Source: an uncultured Nitrososphaerota archaeon (GTDB taxonomy: Archaea; Thermoproteota; Nitrososphaeria; Nitrososphaerales; Gagatemarchaeaceae). Taken from it: a DNA stretch of 64,000 nt. The stretch is from assembly GCA_963718895.1 (NCBI GenBank), contig CAVRAG010000008.1, positions 672,001 to 736,000 of the forward strand, in the 5' to 3' direction. The notes beneath the pieces were generated by a model, which was not told the origin of the DNA, made no database searches, and saw nothing but the letters and a program-made list of their open reading frames with translations. Position numbers and translations under genes: made by a program. This document shows, piece after piece, positions 27,251-36,584 of this stretch (the stretch's first letter is position 1; the number at the start of each line of letters is the position of its first letter).

Positions 27251-28519
27251 TTGCGCAGCGCCCCTCCCGTCGACAAGTGGCGAGTCTTGGCGTTCACGTC
27301 CCTGGGTCACATGATAAACGACGGGTGGACCATGTTCCTACCCCTCGTCGCCGACATCGTCTCCAACGAGAAGCAGACCCTGCCCATCGTCGTAACGCTG
27401 ATCCTCGTCTCCTTCTACTCCTCATCGGCGCTCCTGAACTTCCTCGTGGGCCACCTGGCAGACCGGGGAGGTTCCCAGGGAAGTATCCTCGCGAGGGGCA
27501 TCGCCATCCTCTCGTTGGCGTTTCTCGGCTTCGCCCTGGCACTCGTCGCGCCGAGCAACGGCCTCCTCTACTTTCTCGTCGCAGCGGTCGCGATACTCGT
27601 GGGGCTGGGCAGCGCGTCATTCCACCCCATAGGAGCCGCGATACTGCAGACCTCCTTTGGGCCGGGGGACAGCGGGAAAGCGCTGGGTTTCAATGGGGCC
27701 CTCGGTCAGATAGGATCCGCTGTCTTCCCTCCCCTCTTCTTCGCGTTGGTGATAGTCTTCGGGGAGGACGGGGCGCTCGGGATCGACCAGGAGTACGCGC
27801 TAGCGCTCGTGACCATGTCCGTCATCGGGCTCGCCGCGGCATCGATAATCTGGAGGGGCATGCGAGGCTACGGGGTCCCCGGCGACCAGGCCGAGGGCCG
27901 GAGACGCAGCAGCATGAGGGCGGCCCTCACCAGGGGCATCGTGGTGCTCACTGTGATAACGGCCGTGCGCTCGATCGCCAACACCGGGATCTCGGCGTGG
28001 CTGCCCACGTACATCACGAAGGTCAAGGGGGAGGGGGTCGGCTCGCTCCTGGGCATAACGCTCGCCGTGATGTACCTCGGAGCGATCCCGGGCCAGCTCG
28101 TCTTCGGAACGCTGGTCGAGAGGCTCGACAAGAGATACGTCCTCGGGGTGAGCTCAGCGGGAGCCGCCCTCGGGATACTGGGCTACATCAACACCACGGG
28201 CTACCTAGCCATGGGGTTCATCGCGGTCTTCGGGTTCTTCTGCTTCAGCTCCTTCCCGACGCTCCTCAGCCTCGCCTCCGACTACGTCCCGCGCTCGTCG
28301 TGGTCGGCCGCGAACGGGTTCGTCTGGGGGCTGGGGATAATGGGAGGTAACGTCTTCGGGCCCGCGCTGACTCAGGTGATCATAGGTGAGGACTACTCGC
28401 GGCTGACCTTCGCATTCATCGTATTGGCGGCAATCGGTCTTGTAGGGGCCTTGGTGACGCCGCTGCTCGCCAACCCGAAGAGAACGCCCGAGGCGCCCTC
28501 AGAAAAAAGAGGTGGATGA
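27251..28519 (+). CDS. MFS transporter (Fsr-like)
   Basis: GHMIND, GHLADR and GLGSASFHP motifs; about 12 TMs. Confidence 0.9.
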   Translation: MRSAPPVDKWRVLAFTSLGHMINDGWTMFLPLVADIVSNEKQTLPIVVTLILVSFYSSSALLNFLVGHLADRGGSQGSILARGIAILSLAFLGFALALVAPSNGLLYFLVAAVAILVGLGSASFHPIGAAILQTSFGPGDSGKALGFNGALGQIGSAVFPPLFFALVIVFGEDGALGIDQEYALALVTMSVIGLAAASIIWRGMRGYGVPGDQAEGRRRSSMRAALTRGIVVLTVITAVRSIANTGISAWLPTYITKVKGEGVGSLLGITLAVMYLGAIPGQLVFGTLVERLDKRYVLGVSSAGAALGILGYINTTGYLAMGFIAVFGFFCFSSFPTLLSLASDYVPRSSWSAANGFVWGLGIMGGNVFGPALTQVIIGEDYSRLTFAFIVLAAIGLVGALVTPLLANPKRTPEAPSEKRGG

Positions 28520-28550
28520 TCCCACGACCGGCGTGGGATCGAGGCGGGAC

Positions 28551-30218
28551 CTACTCGAAGTCGCCGCCGCCCATGCCGCCCATTCCTCCTCCGCCGGGCG
28601 GCCCGGATGGGCCCTTGGACTTGCCGGAAGCGATGACGTCGTCGATCCTTAGTATCATGCATGCGGCCTCTGTGGCCGACCTGATGATCTGCTCCTTCAC
28701 GGCGAGCGGCTCGATGACGTTCTCTCTGTGCATGTCCATCACCTTGGCTTGCTTCGCTTCGATTCCGAACCACTTCCCGCCCTCGGCGTGCTTCGCCCTT
28801 ATCTCGACCATCGTGTCGATAGGGTCGAGGCCGGCATTGGTCGCAAGCGCGATCGGAATCGTCTCCAGGGCCTCCGCGAACTTCTGGGCTGCGAGCTGCT
28901 CCCTGCCCGAGAGGGTGTCCGTCCACTTCAGGATTCTCGTGGCCATCTCCGCCTCGGGGGCGCCTCCGCCCGCGACTATCGCAGGCTTCTCGATGACATC
29001 CTTGGTCACCATGAGCGCATCGTGCAGCGAGCGGTCAGCCTCATCGACGATCCTCTGTGTCCCTCCCCTGACGAGGATGGTTACCGCCTTCGGGTTCTTG
29101 GTGCCCTCGATAAAGACCCACTTGTCCTGCTCCACCTTGCGCTCTTCGACCAGGGCTGCGAAGCCCAGGTCCTTCGAGGAGAGGTCCTCGAAGTTGTTCG
29201 CGATGCGAGCTCCGGTTGCCTTTGCGAGGTTGGTCATGTCGCTCTCCTTGACACGCCTCACGGCGAGGATCCCTGCCTTGGAGAGGTAGTGTTGGGCGAT
29301 GTCGTCGAGGCCCTTCTGACAGATCAGCACGTTGGCACCGATGGCCACGACCTTGTCCACCATCTCCTTCAGCATGTGCGTCTCCTCGTCGAGGAACTTC
29401 TTCATCATCGAGGGGTCGCTGATGTTCAGCTTCGCGTCGAACTCGGTCTTCTCGATCTCGAAGGCCGCGTTTACAATCGCGATCTTTGCGTTCTCGATGC
29501 GCCTCGGCATGCCCGAGTGAGCGACTTCCTTGTCGAGCACGAAGCCCATGACGAGCTTGGTGTCCTTGAGAGAGCCCCCGGGCTTCTTCTCCACCTTGAT
29601 GTTGCTGATGTCCACCTTGTAGGTCGTACCCGTCTTCTCAGCTACCTGAGTGGCGGCGGCGACTACTATCTCCGCAAGGTCCTGCGCCTCGCGTGACACC
29701 AGCTTGGTCTGCATGCTGGTCCTTGCTATCTTGATGAGCCATTCCTTGTTGGTCGGAGGGATCTTCTCTGCGAACTCTTCCAAGAATTCGACGGCCTTCC
29801 GGGCCGCCTTGTTGTATCCCTCGACGATCACGGTGGGGTGGACGCCCTTGTCAATCAGCTCCTCGGCCTTCTCGAGCAGCGCTCCTGCGAGTATGACCGC
29901 AGAGGTGGTCCCGTCACCGACCTCGTTGTCGGTCGCCTTCGAGACCTCGACGAGCATCTTGGCGGCGGGGTGCTGGACGTCGATCTCCTTGAGCATGGTC
30001 GCGCCGTCGTTGGTGATGGTCACGTCGCCCAGCGAGTCGACGAGCATCTTGTCCATGCCGCGGGGACCCACCGAGGTCTTGACGATCTCGGCGATCAGCT
30101 TCGCTGCCGCGATGTTGTTCCGCTGTGCTTCCTTGCCCGACGACTTGTTGCTCCCTTCCTTCAGTATGAGAACGGGGGTGCCCCCAGAAGTCATTGCGGG
30201 AATAGCTGTTGTTGACAT
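28551..30218 (-). CDS. ths: Thermosome subunit (group II chaperonin)
   Basis: GPRGMDKM, TNDGAT, GDGTT and ILRIDD motifs, GGM tail; ATG at 30218. Confidence 0.97.
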   Translation of the reverse strand: MSTTAIPAMTSGGTPVLILKEGSNKSSGKEAQRNNIAAAKLIAEIVKTSVGPRGMDKMLVDSLGDVTITNDGATMLKEIDVQHPAAKMLVEVSKATDNEVGDGTTSAVILAGALLEKAEELIDKGVHPTVIVEGYNKAARKAVEFLEEFAEKIPPTNKEWLIKIARTSMQTKLVSREAQDLAEIVVAAATQVAEKTGTTYKVDISNIKVEKKPGGSLKDTKLVMGFVLDKEVAHSGMPRRIENAKIAIVNAAFEIEKTEFDAKLNISDPSMMKKFLDEETHMLKEMVDKVVAIGANVLICQKGLDDIAQHYLSKAGILAVRRVKESDMTNLAKATGARIANNFEDLSSKDLGFAALVEERKVEQDKWVFIEGTKNPKAVTILVRGGTQRIVDEADRSLHDALMVTKDVIEKPAIVAGGGAPEAEMATRILKWTDTLSGREQLAAQKFAEALETIPIALATNAGLDPIDTMVEIRAKHAEGGKWFGIEAKQAKVMDMHRENVIEPLAVKEQIIRSATEAACMILRIDDVIASGKSKGPSGPPGGGGMGGMGGGDFE

Positions 30219-30243
30219 ATTGTTCCTATAACACCACGCCAAC

Positions 30244-30270
30244 TATACAACTTCGAGTTGTATATAAAAA
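30244..30270 (-). promoter_or_regulatory. Thermosome promoter: TATA box plus perfect palindrome TATACAACT-TCG-AGTTGTATA
   Basis: 9-bp arms at 30244-30252 and 30256-30264, overlapping the minus-strand TTTTTATATA at 30261-30270. Confidence 0.7.
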
Positions 30271-30358
30271 ATTCGGATTGAGCTCACCTCGGGCGTATGG
30301 GGGCCACGCTCGGGCGGGACCAGACCCTAATAATGCCCTTCCCGCCTGACCGCGCCGC

Positions 30359-31660
30359 TTGAGTTTCGGCACCATCCAATCCTATGTCGCCCTTGTCATC
30401 TTTGGTGCCACCTACGCAGCCCTGATCCTCAGAAACGTGCGGAGGACCCCGGTGCCGATCTGGCTGATCTTCCTCGCGGGGGCCGCTGCCATGGTTCTCT
30501 CAGGTTCGATCGGGGTGTCCGACGCCTACGCCGCGGTGAACCTTCAGGTGATAGTCTTCCTGTTCAGCATGTTCGTCCTGGTGACCGCCCTGGACATCTC
30601 CGGCGCACTGGAGGCGTTCGCAGGTAGTATACTCCGCAGGGCGAGGAGACCGCAGGACGTCCTCTACCTCAGCTTCTTCGGGTTCGCTCTGCTCTCCATG
30701 GTTCTCATGAACGATACGCTGGCGCTGATGGGGACGCCGATCATGATCTCTCTCGCAAAGAGGATGAAGATGAACGCAAAGCCGCTCCTGCTGACGCTGG
30801 CCTTCGCCGTTACCGCGGGCAGCGCCGCGACCCCGATGGGCAACCCGCAGAACCTCCTGATTGCCGTCTCAAGCGGTCTCAGCGCTCCGGTGCTCCAGTT
30901 CGCCTACTATCTTCTGATCCCAGTCCTGATTGACCTCGTTCTGACCGCCCTGGCGCTCAGGTTCATCTTTAGGAAGGAGATCGATAACCTCTCCGTCCCC
31001 GCCCCTGCCGGACTAGGAGAATCGGGGGACGCCCGGAGAGATGTTCCCCTCGCCCGGAAGGCAACGGGAGTGGTGATTCTCACGATGTCGGGGATACTCC
31101 TCGTCAACGCCGTTGCCATCTTCGGCGTCCATGAGCCCTTCGGCATTAGCGAGGTGTCGCTCTTCGGAGCCGTCCTGCTCCTCGGGATCAGCGGGAAGGG
31201 GCGAGAGATCCTCGAGAGGCTCGACTGGGGGATTCTTGTCCTCTTCGCGGCCCTCTTCGTGCTCATGCAGGCGGTCTCTGACAACGGAATAATATCCTAC
31301 GTCGCCGGTTATCTCCCGTCGATAAGTGCTGCACACCCTGCGGCCGCAGTGGCTTCTATTCTTTCAACGTCGGTCGTCCTGAGTCAGATCCTCAGCAACG
31401 TGCCGATGGTCGCTCTGTATCTTCCGCTGATGAAGACGCTCGGGTTCACTTCAAGCTCCGCCTATGCGTGGGCCTCCCTCGCCGGTGGGAGCACGCTGGC
31501 GGGCAATCTGACACTTCTGGGTGCCGCGAGCAACCTGATAATCGCGCAGGGAGCGGAGAAGCACGGCTACCGACTCGGATTCTTCGAATTCATGAAGGTG
31601 GGAGCGCTGCTCACCGTGTTGGATGTGGCCGTCCTGTACGTCTACCTGCTGATCGTCTGA
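30359..31660 (+). CDS. ArsB/NhaD/SLC13-superfamily anion permease
   Basis: LMNDT, GSAATPMGNPQN, LSNVP and STLAGNLTLLGAASN motifs. Confidence 0.9.
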   Translation: MSFGTIQSYVALVIFGATYAALILRNVRRTPVPIWLIFLAGAAAMVLSGSIGVSDAYAAVNLQVIVFLFSMFVLVTALDISGALEAFAGSILRRARRPQDVLYLSFFGFALLSMVLMNDTLALMGTPIMISLAKRMKMNAKPLLLTLAFAVTAGSAATPMGNPQNLLIAVSSGLSAPVLQFAYYLLIPVLIDLVLTALALRFIFRKEIDNLSVPAPAGLGESGDARRDVPLARKATGVVILTMSGILLVNAVAIFGVHEPFGISEVSLFGAVLLLGISGKGREILERLDWGILVLFAALFVLMQAVSDNGIISYVAGYLPSISAAHPAAAVASILSTSVVLSQILSNVPMVALYLPLMKTLGFTSSSAYAWASLAGGSTLAGNLTLLGAASNLIIAQGAEKHGYRLGFFEFMKVGALLTVLDVAVLYVYLLIV

Positions 31661-31665
31661 CCGAG

Positions 31666-31956
31666 TCAGTCTGTCTTCTTCAGTTGCTTCTCGATCGCGG
31701 TCGCGAGCTTGATGTCGAGCGGTGTCACCCCGCCTTCGTCGTGCGTCTGGATCTCGAGGCGGACGGCCGTCCACCGGATGTGGATGTCTGGGTGGTGCTC
31801 GAGCTTCTCGGCGATGGCGGCGATCTCGTTCACAAACTCGATCCCGCCCATGAACTCGTCGAACTCGAAGGTCTTCGTGATGAAGCGGCCCTTCCTCTTC
31901 CATCCCGGGAGCGCGCGAATATTCTCGTCGACTTGGACCGCCGTCAGTCGCGTCAT
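31666..31956 (-). CDS. Pterin-4-alpha-carbinolamine dehydratase
   Basis: AEKLEHHPDI and THDEGGVTPLD motifs. Confidence 0.92.
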   Translation of the reverse strand: MTRLTAVQVDENIRALPGWKRKGRFITKTFEFDEFMGGIEFVNEIAAIAEKLEHHPDIHIRWTAVRLEIQTHDEGGVTPLDIKLATAIEKQLKKTD

Positions 31957-32076
31957 GGACCTTGCGCTTCGGGGGAGAGATTAAAGGCAATCGGAAGGCA
32001 AACTCGTGCGGGCATCGCCCCGCACCCGCTCTTTTGAGCGGATGGACAACCAGTATTGACCACCCCTGATTAACGG

Positions 32077-32427
32077 GTGTTGGTCGGCTTGTCCCCTGTG
32101 CCGGTAGATGTGAGGTTAGCGAAGGCCAGCGTCAGCGCGTTCGCTAGGACTTCACAGGACCTCATCGGCGTATCGACGATTGTGGCGAATCCTGAGACAA
32201 AGAAGAGGATGAAGATGGTCGTGGACCCTCCGAACATGTCGAAGACATTGAGGAACATGGGGATCGTGCTCCTGGTCACCCCGGACCCGTTCACGGGCAT
32301 CCCCGGCGCCGCGCTACTGGGAGCCTCGTACGCCATGAAGGAAAGGGAGGCAGCGAACCTCCAATCTCTCGCAGGGGAGACGGCTCGGACAGTGCGCATG
32401 ATCCGCGACCTTCAATCGCTTCTCTGA
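32077..32427 (+). CDS. Hypothetical protein
   Basis: ORF with a hydrophobic PDPFTGIPG segment; start uncertain. Confidence 0.5.
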   Translation: MLVGLSPVPVDVRLAKASVSAFARTSQDLIGVSTIVANPETKKRMKMVVDPPNMSKTLRNMGIVLLVTPDPFTGIPGAALLGASYAMKEREAANLQSLAGETARTVRMIRDLQSLL

Positions 32428-32477
32428 CTTGCGAATTATTCTTAAGCAGCCTGAATTGGATTGTGAGGCAGTCGTCC

Positions 32478-32784
32478 ATGGATGTGAAGCCGAGCAAGGG
32501 ATTGAAGGTGAAGGTCAACGCGGTCAGGGAGGCGGTCTTCGGGGAGGACGGTGTCGAGGTGAAGAAAGCGGCGGTTCCGCCAGGGAAGAAGGCCTCCGGA
32601 ACGATGACCGGGCGGACTCTTGTCGGGTACGCCGAGGTCGAGATGGAGGCACTCGATGGCACCAAGCACTGGTACCCCGTTGAACAGCTCACGACCGAGA
32701 AGGATGAGAAGATAGTCGAGGAAGAGATCCCGATCGAGAATCAAGGAAGACTCCTCCGAAGAAGCGGAAGAAGACGAAGAGTGA
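32478..32784 (+). CDS. Small hypothetical protein with acidic tail (probable frameshift near 32745)
   Basis: ATG at 32478. An alternative frame after about 32745 reads EDSSEEAEEDEE*. Confidence 0.6.
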
Positions 32785-32844
32785 CACCGTCGTCCGAATA
32801 AGCTAAAACCCCGTTGAGATTTCACTGCAGAGCGATAGCACAAC

Positions 32845-33804
32845 TTGGAACGACACGAGCTCCCCGGAATAGCTGACATCGAAGCGGCGGCCAGACGCAT
32901 TGAGGGAGTCGCGGTCAGGACCCCCCTGGTCGACTCACCCGCGCTCTCGAAAAGGTTGGGCCGACAGGTGTATCTGAAGCTCGAGTGCTTCCAGCCGATA
33001 CGCGTCTTCAAGATCAGGGGAGCGTACAACAAGCTCTCGCAGCTGAAGGCGGAGAGCGTCGTTGCTGTCTCCTCCGGCAACCACGGAATGGCCGTCGCTT
33101 TCTCGGCGAGGGCGTTCGGCAAGAAGTGCACGGTCTTCCTCCCGGAGAATCCCGTGAAGGAGAAGGCCGACGCCATCGCGGAGTACGGGGCCGCCATCGT
33201 GAAGTTCGGCAAGTACCACAACGAAAGAGAGGAGAAGGCACGACAGTTTGCCACCGAGACGGGAGCTGTCCTGGTGCACCCGTTCAACGACCCCGACATA
33301 ATCGCAGGTCAGGGGACCTGCGGCCTAGAGATCGCCGAGCAGCAGCCTGACGCCGACTCAGTTATCGTACCCGTGGGAGGCGGCGGGCTGATCTCGGGAA
33401 TCTCGATCGCCGTCAAGGCACGAAGCCCCGGAACGAAGGTCTTGGGAGTCGAGCCTGCGACCGCAGCCAAGCTCACCGCGTCGATGAAGGCCGGGAGACT
33501 CGTGAGCATCGAGAACCCGCACTCGATCGCAGACGGTCTAATCCCTCCCTCGGTGGGCGATCTGACCTTCAAGGCCTGCTCCGAGAACGTCAGCGGAGTG
33601 TTCACGGTGACGGACGACGAGATAATGGAGGCGATGAAGCTCCTCATCAGGGAGGCGAGGATATTCCCCGAGCCTTCCTCGGCGGCCTCTCTGGCGGCCC
33701 TCCTGACTGGGAAGGAGACTGATAAGCTGGGCGAGAAGGTCGTCCTCGTCGTCTCGGGCGGAAACGTCTCACAGAAGCTTCTGGGACAAATCCTCACGTC
33801 CTAG
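32845..33804 (+). CDS. Threonine/serine dehydratase (PLP, fold type II)
   Basis: LKLECFQ..FKIRGA, SSGNHG, VGGGGL and SGGN motifs. Confidence 0.92.
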   Translation: MERHELPGIADIEAAARRIEGVAVRTPLVDSPALSKRLGRQVYLKLECFQPIRVFKIRGAYNKLSQLKAESVVAVSSGNHGMAVAFSARAFGKKCTVFLPENPVKEKADAIAEYGAAIVKFGKYHNEREEKARQFATETGAVLVHPFNDPDIIAGQGTCGLEIAEQQPDADSVIVPVGGGGLISGISIAVKARSPGTKVLGVEPATAAKLTASMKAGRLVSIENPHSIADGLIPPSVGDLTFKACSENVSGVFTVTDDEIMEAMKLLIREARIFPEPSSAASLAALLTGKETDKLGEKVVLVVSGGNVSQKLLGQILTS

Positions 33805-34727
33805 GCTCCAGCAGCGGGCGCGGGACCCGCAGTGCGGATTTCGACGGCGCTTTCCAGGCAAGACTCTCAGGATGGAGCATCGGCGCGAGCATCTCCAACC
33901 CGTCGACCAGTCTCGGCCCGGGGCGTGAGAAGTACGATGAGCCGTCGGCAGCAAAGACCATCCCCTCCCTGACGGCCGCGAGGTCGCGCCAGCCGGAGTC
34001 CGGAGAGCAACCCGACGTCGGCGACCGCCCTCTGGACACCGAACCCGCAGGGGATCAGGACCAGGACCTCGGGGTCGTAGGCCACCACCGACTCCCAATC
34101 CACCCTCTTCGACTCGTTCCCGGCGGAGCCGAGACCTTCCTCTCCACCGGCCAGTCCCACCATCTCTGGTACCCAGTGACCTGAGGCGAAGACCGGGTCG
34201 TACCACTCGACGCAGAAGACGCGAGGGACGGAGAGACCGGCGACATTCGACTTCACCTGATCGATTCGGCTCCGAAGTCCGCGCACGAGCTGGGCAGCCT
34301 GCACCTGGGCACCGCACGCCCTCCCGATCGCTGTGATGTCTTGCAGGACTCCCTCGAGCCCCCGCGGCCTGAGCGAAATCACCTCGCACTCGCTGGACAG
34401 GTCGGACATCGTCTTCAGGGTCTCCCGAAGCGAGACCGAGCAGACTTCGCAGAGGTCCTGCGTCAGCACGACGTCGGGCTTCCGCTCGGCGAGGAGTTGC
34501 CTGTTGATCCGGTAGAGGCCGTGACCGTGGGAGAGGCTCTCGACCACCCGCGAATCGATTGCGCCCTGCGCCAGACCCGAAGGGTCCAGAAGTGACTGGA
34601 CGACGACGGGCTTCCTCCTCGCATCAGGGGGGAAGTCGCATTCACTAGTGACACCGCAGAGCTGGTCCCCCAGGCCGAGCGCGTAGACGGTCTCGGTGGC
34701 GCTCGGGAGGAACGAGTAGATCCTCAA
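33794..34727 (-). CDS. Cobalamin/Fe-siderophore-binding protein (BtuF-like), no signal peptide; frameshift near 34000
   Basis: RIYSFLPSATE, ECDFP, TQDLCEVC and GHWVPEM motifs; YFSRPGPRLVDGLE appears in a second frame. Confidence 0.85.
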
Positions 34728-34814
34728 ACCCTGGATTCCCGAGTCAGATGCGAATTTAGAGGTTCCTCCGCGACAGGCCGTGGTTTATAACACGACCCGC
34801 TTTCTCGGTCCAGG

Positions 34815-36584
34815 ATGTCAAGCGAGATAGCCGGCAGGCTCTCCGAACAGACCAAGGGGCTGGTCTCGAGGTTCGAGGGGAGGGTAGCCAGGTTCGAGGG
34901 GAGAGAGGACCTCCTGGGCCTGCTCAGACCGCTGGACAGGGATGCGGCGAACGCCCTCGCAAGGGAGTACTTCGGCGAGGGTGACCACCTCGCCATGGGA
35001 ATCGACGGCTCCAGGGACTTCGATGAAAGGCTGCAGATGATGCTATTCTACGCCAACGCCACCGGCTACTCTTGTCCGTTCCACGTGGGAAAGGAGATCA
35101 CGTTCGACCTGGCGGGCGCCAGAAGGGAGGGCAGGCTCTCGGCCTCGGCCGCCATCCCCCTCTGGGCCGAGGACTTCTCGGACGTTCTCCCGGACCTGCC
35201 CGAGGTCGAGCTCGAGCTGGAGTACTCGATGCAGCGCATCCCGAACTCGTTCATGACCCTGGCTGAGCTCTATCTGGGGGCCAGGGCGACAGAGAAGGCG
35301 AGGATAATCTTCATGGACAGACCGCTCTCCGGCACCTACTCCGCGCTCGCAAGGGACGCGAGGCTTCTCCTCAGGACCGGTTCGACCAATCTCTCCAAGA
35401 TGTCCGGGCAGGAGGGACGAGACACCATGCTGGACATCAGCCTTGCCGTGACCATGGGGGCGCCCTCCTTCTCCATCCCGAACCGGAGGAAGTTCGACGC
35501 CCACAGAGCGCTCCGCGAGCTGATGAAGGGAGAGCTTTCACGCGGTGAGCTGGCACAGAGGCTATCCTTCGACGAGAGGCAGCTCGCGACCGCCCTGAAG
35601 CGCCTCAAGAGGTTCGACGAGAAGCACTCGGGGGGTCTCCTCGAGGAGACGGGAGGAACCACGCTGAGGCTCAGGGACGGAGTGAGCGACTACTGGGACA
35701 ACTCGGTCGCTCTTGCGGAGGAGTACGCCCGGCGGGTGTACGAAAGGGGCGAGCCCCCTCTCAACCTCGGAGACGACGATTGGCTCACCATCCTCGACGT
35801 GAACGCCGTCGCCCTGATCATGCTGCAAAGGCTCTGCGAACTCTCCATCCAGAGGAAGGTGCTGCTCGTGGGAGTGGCGAAGGACACGACCGCGACGGAG
35901 ATCAGCAGGGCCGTCCTCCCCTTCGCGACCTCCAAGGGGCTGCTCAGCCTCAAGTCCAAGCCCCCCGGGCTGAACAACGACAGGGCGTTCCTGAGCATCC
36001 TCGGCTCGATGAACAGGCAGTTCCTGCCCCCCTGGAGGACATCGGGATACGACTCGGCGTTCACCACCATCTTCGCCCCGAAGGGCGAGGGGAGGTTCAC
36101 TCCCGCCAGGAAGGTCGTCTCCCGCGAGGAGCTGTTCGTGCGCGGCTACTTCCAGTCGGGGAGCCTCGGCGGCCGCGGCAAGATCAGGTCGCAGGTCTTC
36201 TTCTTCGACAGGGTCTTCGACCCTGACTCGGACGCCGGCTCGCTGGGCAGCCTTGACGTCGAGGAGGCGGGACGCACCATCGTAGTCACCCCCTACTACG
36301 AGGGTGCAGCGCTCTGCCAGAGCTCAAACCTCATCCTGAACATCCTCTCGCTCACCGACAACCCAGAGGTCTACGAGGCTTTCGGCCACAACCAGCTCCT
36401 GTATCTCGCCGACAAGGCCGTGAAGTCGGAGATCAGGCTCATGCGGAGCTCGCTCAGGGGCGTCGCAGACCTGAGGCTCGGCGCGATCTCGAAACGGGAA
36501 CAGGTTTACGGGATCATGACGCCTTATAGAGACCAGCGGTCGGAGGCAGAGGCGTCGCGAATGAGAGAGGCTTCGAGAAGTTGA
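34815..36584 (+). CDS. nurA: NurA-family nuclease with internal winged-helix insertion
   Basis: GIDGS, FMDRPL, VGVAKD and GHNQLLYLADKAVK motifs; overlaps herA by 4 nt. Confidence 0.75.
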   Translation: MSSEIAGRLSEQTKGLVSRFEGRVARFEGREDLLGLLRPLDRDAANALAREYFGEGDHLAMGIDGSRDFDERLQMMLFYANATGYSCPFHVGKEITFDLAGARREGRLSASAAIPLWAEDFSDVLPDLPEVELELEYSMQRIPNSFMTLAELYLGARATEKARIIFMDRPLSGTYSALARDARLLLRTGSTNLSKMSGQEGRDTMLDISLAVTMGAPSFSIPNRRKFDAHRALRELMKGELSRGELAQRLSFDERQLATALKRLKRFDEKHSGGLLEETGGTTLRLRDGVSDYWDNSVALAEEYARRVYERGEPPLNLGDDDWLTILDVNAVALIMLQRLCELSIQRKVLLVGVAKDTTATEISRAVLPFATSKGLLSLKSKPPGLNNDRAFLSILGSMNRQFLPPWRTSGYDSAFTTIFAPKGEGRFTPARKVVSREELFVRGYFQSGSLGGRGKIRSQVFFFDRVFDPDSDAGSLGSLDVEEAGRTIVVTPYYEGAALCQSSNLILNILSLTDNPEVYEAFGHNQLLYLADKAVKSEIRLMRSSLRGVADLRLGAISKREQVYGIMTPYRDQRSEAEASRMREASRS

